Assembly: GCA_047495785.1 (NCBI GenBank)
Contig: JBLDXI010000003.1
Coordinates: forward strand, 1,550,001-1,614,000
DNA length: 64,000 bases
Direction of reading: 5' to 3'
Source of the DNA: Lepidodermella squamata
Lineage: Eukaryota; Animalia; Gastrotricha
This document shows, in pieces, positions 59,845 through 64,000 of this stretch (positions are counted from its first letter, which is position 1; each line of letters begins with the position of its first letter). The position numbers and the translations under genes were made by a program. The notes beneath the pieces are model-generated. The model saw only the letters and a program-made list of their open reading frames with translations. It did not search any database and was not told the origin of the DNA.

Positions 59845-60804
59845 CTAGCATTTAGCAAAGTCCCAATTGGTCATGTAAACAGCCTGCGCGAAGTTGTAGT
59901 TGTCAACAAAATCACACATGAAAATGTTGACAGCTTTCTTATTCTTGCAATCAGCGCCAACGCTCGGCATCCACGTGGCGACATGCTTCGTCGCTGGTAG
60001 GGCTAAATTCTTCAAATTTCCCTTCAAATGAGTCATCACATAGGTAGCATCCGGGGTAAGAACAGCCTGATAGACGAAGAAGTAGTTCGAAACATGATTG
60101 GCTGTTTCGACGGTTCGGTTTTGCAGCTGCGTTGCCAGGGTCGAAGCCATCTTGTCCTTTTTCGTTGTGGGGTAGTACGGGTTTTGAAGGAAAGATTTAT
60201 CCCAGAAGTGGCATAGATCAAGAGCGGCTAGTGTCAGATCATCGGCGATCAAAATGACGTTTTTCTTCGTTTGACGAGCGTCCTTGAGTGTTGCCAAAGT
60301 TAGAGCTGGGAAGGTACACCTGCTAAAAGCCATATCCCCCAAAATTTCATCGGTTCCCTTAGCAAGATTCTGATAATGCTCAGTTTCAGTCACCTGAAGC
60401 AGGTGCTGGAAGTGGAGAACAATGAATTCATTAGGGTGAGCTTCTAAGAAGTTTTTCACGATCTGAAATGTCTCGAAAACTGGGACACCGCCTCGGATTT
60501 GGCCGTGGTTGAAGCGGTAGACTCCATCCTTGTCAAGATAGACCCTCAGATCGAAGTATCTGATACCGCCCTCTAGCTGCTGGGTGATATTCCAGTCTTG
60601 GGTGATCGAGTATCCCAAAGCAATCGGCGGAGCGACTGACAGCGAGAAATCGTAGGCCATTGCATCGTGAGCTCCCGGAAGGGCGAGTTGGACCAGTGGT
60701 ACGTTGTTGACTACGTTTTGGGGCAGCATGCCCATCCAGTCTGCAGGGTTGACATCGGTAGCTAAAGCCACACCGAAAAAAGCTGCTAAAATGTAAAGCC
60801 TCAT
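59845..60804 (-). CDS. Secreted PI-PLC X-domain-containing protein (PLCXD-like), intronless
   Basis: Signal MRLYILAAFFGVALA. Motifs DWM, LPGAHDA, TQDWNITQQLEGGIRYFDLRV, FNHG, FLEAHPNEFIVL and NIFMCDFV; both catalytic His present. Confidence 0.88.
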   Translation of the reverse strand: MRLYILAAFFGVALATDVNPADWMGMLPQNVVNNVPLVQLALPGAHDAMAYDFSLSVAPPIALGYSITQDWNITQQLEGGIRYFDLRVYLDKDGVYRFNHGQIRGGVPVFETFQIVKNFLEAHPNEFIVLHFQHLLQVTETEHYQNLAKGTDEILGDMAFSRCTFPALTLATLKDARQTKKNVILIADDLTLAALDLCHFWDKSFLQNPYYPTTKKDKMASTLATQLQNRTVETANHVSNYFFVYQAVLTPDATYVMTHLKGNLKNLALPATKHVATWMPSVGADCKNKKAVNIFMCDFVDNYNFAQAVYMTNWDFAKC

Positions 60805-61740
60805 GACGATCGTTAACAATTCAGGCTAAATGCTTTTTCCAACAGGAAGGTGTGGTGCTTATATCCTGAAAAGACGTGACTAAAATTGTGAAACGATAAG
60901 ATAAGGTTATGGGCTGTTAGAGTGCAATTAGTGCGATTTCAACTCCGAAAGTGCGTTTTACTTACCTTCTGTTATCAGCCAATTCTCGCTGCGTTTGTCG
61001 GCAGAAAATATGTTTACTAATTGGAAAGTGATTCATTTTGTGGCTCCATCATGGCTGCATGTTTTACCGGACGGGAACAAAAATAGAAAACTAATTTATT
61101 CAACATTTTTTCCAGATTATGAACGCATAATTTGGTGACTTTGACCCATTGATAGTCGCGGCGTTGAGTATTGGCTGAATCATCTCGTTTGGTTTAAATT
61201 AACATCGAAGAAGCCCTACTTGTTAGTTACTTTGTCAAGCAATTTTAACCATCCATATAGTGAATTCGCGGCTACCTATCTGTGGAAGCTTTTCACTACT
61301 ACGAATGAGTTTCAAACAACAGGAATAAACAAGATTGGATAAGTATGTGTTTTTGTCCCAGGACAAATACTAAGTAGGTATAATTATACACTTGTTGTTC
61401 GTCTCTGCATTCATTTCCGGGTGAAACAGACGTCTGATGCTGTCGTAAACAACAATCCTTTCCGGCAAAACATATCTGCTGCAATATTGCAACATATATA
61501 TTCAAAATTTAGGTCATTGTTGTTTTTGTTTTCCACAAAAGGGTTGTCCGAGTGGTTGCCGGAAGTAACGTATCGGATTACACAGATAAGAGTAACAAAG
61601 TGATATCTATAAGACTCTTTGGCTGAAAATTGTACACGAACCTCTCATCCTGTTATTGATAAACAGTCCTAATCAGCCCTATAAAATCCGTGGTTTCTAA
61701 TTATTTATCCAATCTTAGCAAGAGTCTTAAAAATCGGATT

Positions 61741-64000
61741 ATGGCTAGAGTAATATTGAAACTGTTTATAGCCGTTATTCTGTTTTTCGAATGTAAATCA
61801 ACCTCATTCAAGTCAAAAACGATTTCAATGTTGGTCCTGGTTGGTTATACAGGTTTCGAACCAGATGATGGCCAATCTTGCGCTGCTGCAATGCGATTCG
61901 TTGTCGAGACAGTGAATCAAAGATCTGACATCCTGCCCAAATATCGCATTCAACTTGAACTGCAAGACGAAAGTACCAACTCGAATTTGGCTACTCGGCA
62001 CCTCGTAAACTACGCGCGATCGTTTAGAGATAAATCCTCAGTTGTTCAATCACCCGTGACAATAGGGCCGGCTTCATCGATCGGTTGCATTCCTTACGCC
62101 TCGACCTTGCACCATCTTCACATGGTATCTTTAACTGTTGGCTGCTCATCTCCAGTCTTTGAGGCGAATCGGAAAGATTTCCCGAATATCTATCGGATGA
62201 ATACCCCGGGTGGTGTCTTAGTCAGATCTTGGCTGTATGCCATAAAAAACGTCTTCACTTGGAAACAAGTCGGCCTAATCACTTCGACGCGCACTCTCGA
62301 TTTTCAACTAGCAAAGAGCTTCTACGAATTTAGTCTCCGGAATGGCATCAAGGTTCCTTGGTTTGACTCATTCGACTCTGAAGTCAGCGACGAAATGATG
62401 ATATCGCTGAAGAGAAGCTACGTTCGAATCATTGTAGTCTCCCTCGGTAGATGGTTTTCCAATGTCGAGTTCCTATGCGCCGCTTACAGGTTTGGTATCA
62501 CTGGGCCAAAATATGTATTCGTAACTTACGCAGCTGCTTTTAAAGACCCTCGAACCTTATCTAGAATAATTGATGCAGGTGAGAATTGCACCCGGGATGT
62601 TATCATCGAACAGACCAAGTACTCAGTTTTCATTGGATCGCCTCAAGATAACGCTCCAACTTCAACTCAAACAATTTTAGGGTACGATGTTCAACAGTTT
62701 GATAGAATGTTCGAAGACTTCACTGCACGCAGTTTTCGCAGCCCTTCATCACGTGAGTATGCTTGCCACGACATCGCCTTACAAGCCATTTTAGTGCTGA
62801 ATAATTCGGAGAAAGCTCTCTCTGAACTGAACATGACACTTTCTGACTTCCGAGAACATCCTAGAATCATTAGCTCTATAGCCAACCAAAGTGCAATGTC
62901 CACTGAGTTTTACAGCCTAAGAAACGGATTGGAAAGGTTCTCTCAAAGACTGGAAATGGATAGCTATCCCAACTATATAATGACTTGGTCTATTTGGAGG
63001 AATTTGATGGTGAATAACTATAAAATAGTCACCGGAGCCAACGTTTCGAATCTAAATAGCTACTCAGTGGCGTTGGACAAGGCATTGATTAAATGGTTCA
63101 CGAAGGACTCGCAAATCCCTGCAGATAAGCCTGAGCTTATTAGAATTTTGAATGATATCGAACCGATTACTACAATAGTGATCATTTCTCTCAATAGCAT
63201 AATTTTTCTAGTTCAGTTTTTCGGGTTTATAAAGCTGAAAACTAGGTCCAAGCTTTCAAAGGTCCAAAACCTTATGGCACTAGGATATTTCAGCCTTGAA
63301 TCTGCATCGGCTTGTTTTGCCTGTAGCTTGGAAATCAGTACCGAATACGTGAATTTCGGTATTTTCCATGCTAGAATCCTCATCATGGTGATCGGCCTAA
63401 CCCTTATTCATGGTGTTCTATTCACGAAGTTAATGATGTTCCGCAAAATTCTACAGAAACATCTGACATACGTGCAAAATGCAGTTGTTAAACCGGAAAA
63501 TAGATACTCATCTTCATCTTCGTCAAGACGTTCATCCACCGTTCAGCTCGAAAGGATCTATCCTCAATCATTGGCTGAACATCACGACAAGTTGAGTTGT
63601 TACCTAGCGACAGCTTGGGCAATTTTCAATACAGCTATTGTTACATGTTGGTTCGCTTTTGACCCGATAGAGCTCAAGTCTGGCATTGCTTCAGAGAATT
63701 ATAATGAAGAAATGGATACTTTCTATATCTATGAGGAGGCGCAATTTTCCTCAAACTATGGTATGATCTGGATCGCAATTTTTTCAGGGAGCCAAGGTAT
63801 TGTGTTGATTTTGAGCGCTTTCTTATCTTACTCGCTGCGTTCTGTAACACGAGTTATGAATTGCTCGCAAGAATTGCCCGAGCTAGTTGGATTCAGAGTA
63901 GCCGCGTTAATTGCTATTACATCATTTTTCGGCACTGGGCTCGCGCTATTCGCTTTATCCAACCGTCCAGCTGCAATGAATCTGGTCTTGTCGCTTGCCC
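61741..64000 (+). CDS. GABA-B-like class C GPCR, copy 7 (open to the window end, within TM7)
   Basis: ATG 61741 MARVILKLFIAVILFF; frame homologous to the other copies with no stop in the stretches translated. Absent from the ORF track, consistent with the stop lying outside the window. Confidence 0.88.
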   Translation, partial: MARVILKLFIAVILFFECKSTSFKSKTISMLVLVGYTGFEPDDGQSCAAAMRFVVETVNQRSDILPKYRIQLELQDESTNSNLATRHLVNYARSFRDKSSVVQSPVTIGPASSIGCIPYASTLHHLHMVSLTVGCSSPVFEANRKDFPNIYRMNTPGGVLVRSWLYAIKNVFTWKQVGLITSTRTLDFQLAKSFYEFSLRNGIKVPWFDSFDSEVSDEMMISLKRSYVRIIVVSLGRWFSNVEFLCAAYRFGITGPKYVFVTYAAAFKDPRTLSRIIDAGENCTRDVIIEQTKYSVFIGSPQDNAPTSTQTILGYDVQQFDRMFEDFTARSFRSPSSREYACHDIALQAILVLNNSEKALSELNMTLSDFREHPRIISSIANQSAMSTEFYSLRNGLERFSQRLEMDSYPNYIMTWSIWRNLMVNNYKIVTGANVSNLNSYSVALDKALIKWFTKDSQIPADKPELIRILNDIEPITTIVIISLNSIIFLVQFFGFIKLKTRSKLSKVQNLMALGYFSLESASACFACSLEISTEYVNFGIFHARILIMVIGLTLIHGVLFTKLMMFRKILQKHLTYVQNAVVKPENRYSSSSSSRRSSTVQLERIYPQSLAEHHDKLSCYLATAWAIFNTAIVTCWFAFDPIELKSGIASENYNEEMDTFYIYEEAQFSSNYGMIWIAIFSGSQGIVLILSAFLSYSLRSVTRVMNCSQELPELVGFRVAALIAITSFFGTGLALFALSNRPAAMNLVLSLA

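Overview
Eukaryotic, invertebrate-animal DNA: AT-rich, short GT-AG introns and eukaryotic tRNA genes. The species cannot be assigned from sequence alone. The window is a duplication- and transposon-rich cluster of secreted and cell-surface genes. (1) Seven intronless GABA-B-like class C GPCR loci: three intact, one open to the window end, one with a single 5' frameshift, two clear pseudogenes. (2) Four copies of a two-exon gene for a secreted, highly basic Gly/Lys/Asn/Ser-rich protein, co-duplicated with a tRNA-Thr(CGT)/Gly(GCC)/Gln(CTG) trio. (3) Three spliced genes for secreted peptide precursors sharing an acidic-x-LRR motif, which the ORF track only shows in fragments. (4) Two multi-exon Cys-repeat/EGF/C-type lectin paralogs whose start codons lie in one arm of a palindrome; the palindrome core is in opposite orientation in the two copies. 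(5) Intronless secreted GH114 glycoside hydrolase (probable horizontal transfer) and PI-PLC X-domain genes. (6) A claudin/PMP22-like gene followed 82 bp later by a copy of its cytoplasmic tail alone. (7) Many non-autonomous DNA transposons with readable TIRs and TSDs. All exon models were built by hand from splice sites and reading phase; no database search was run.
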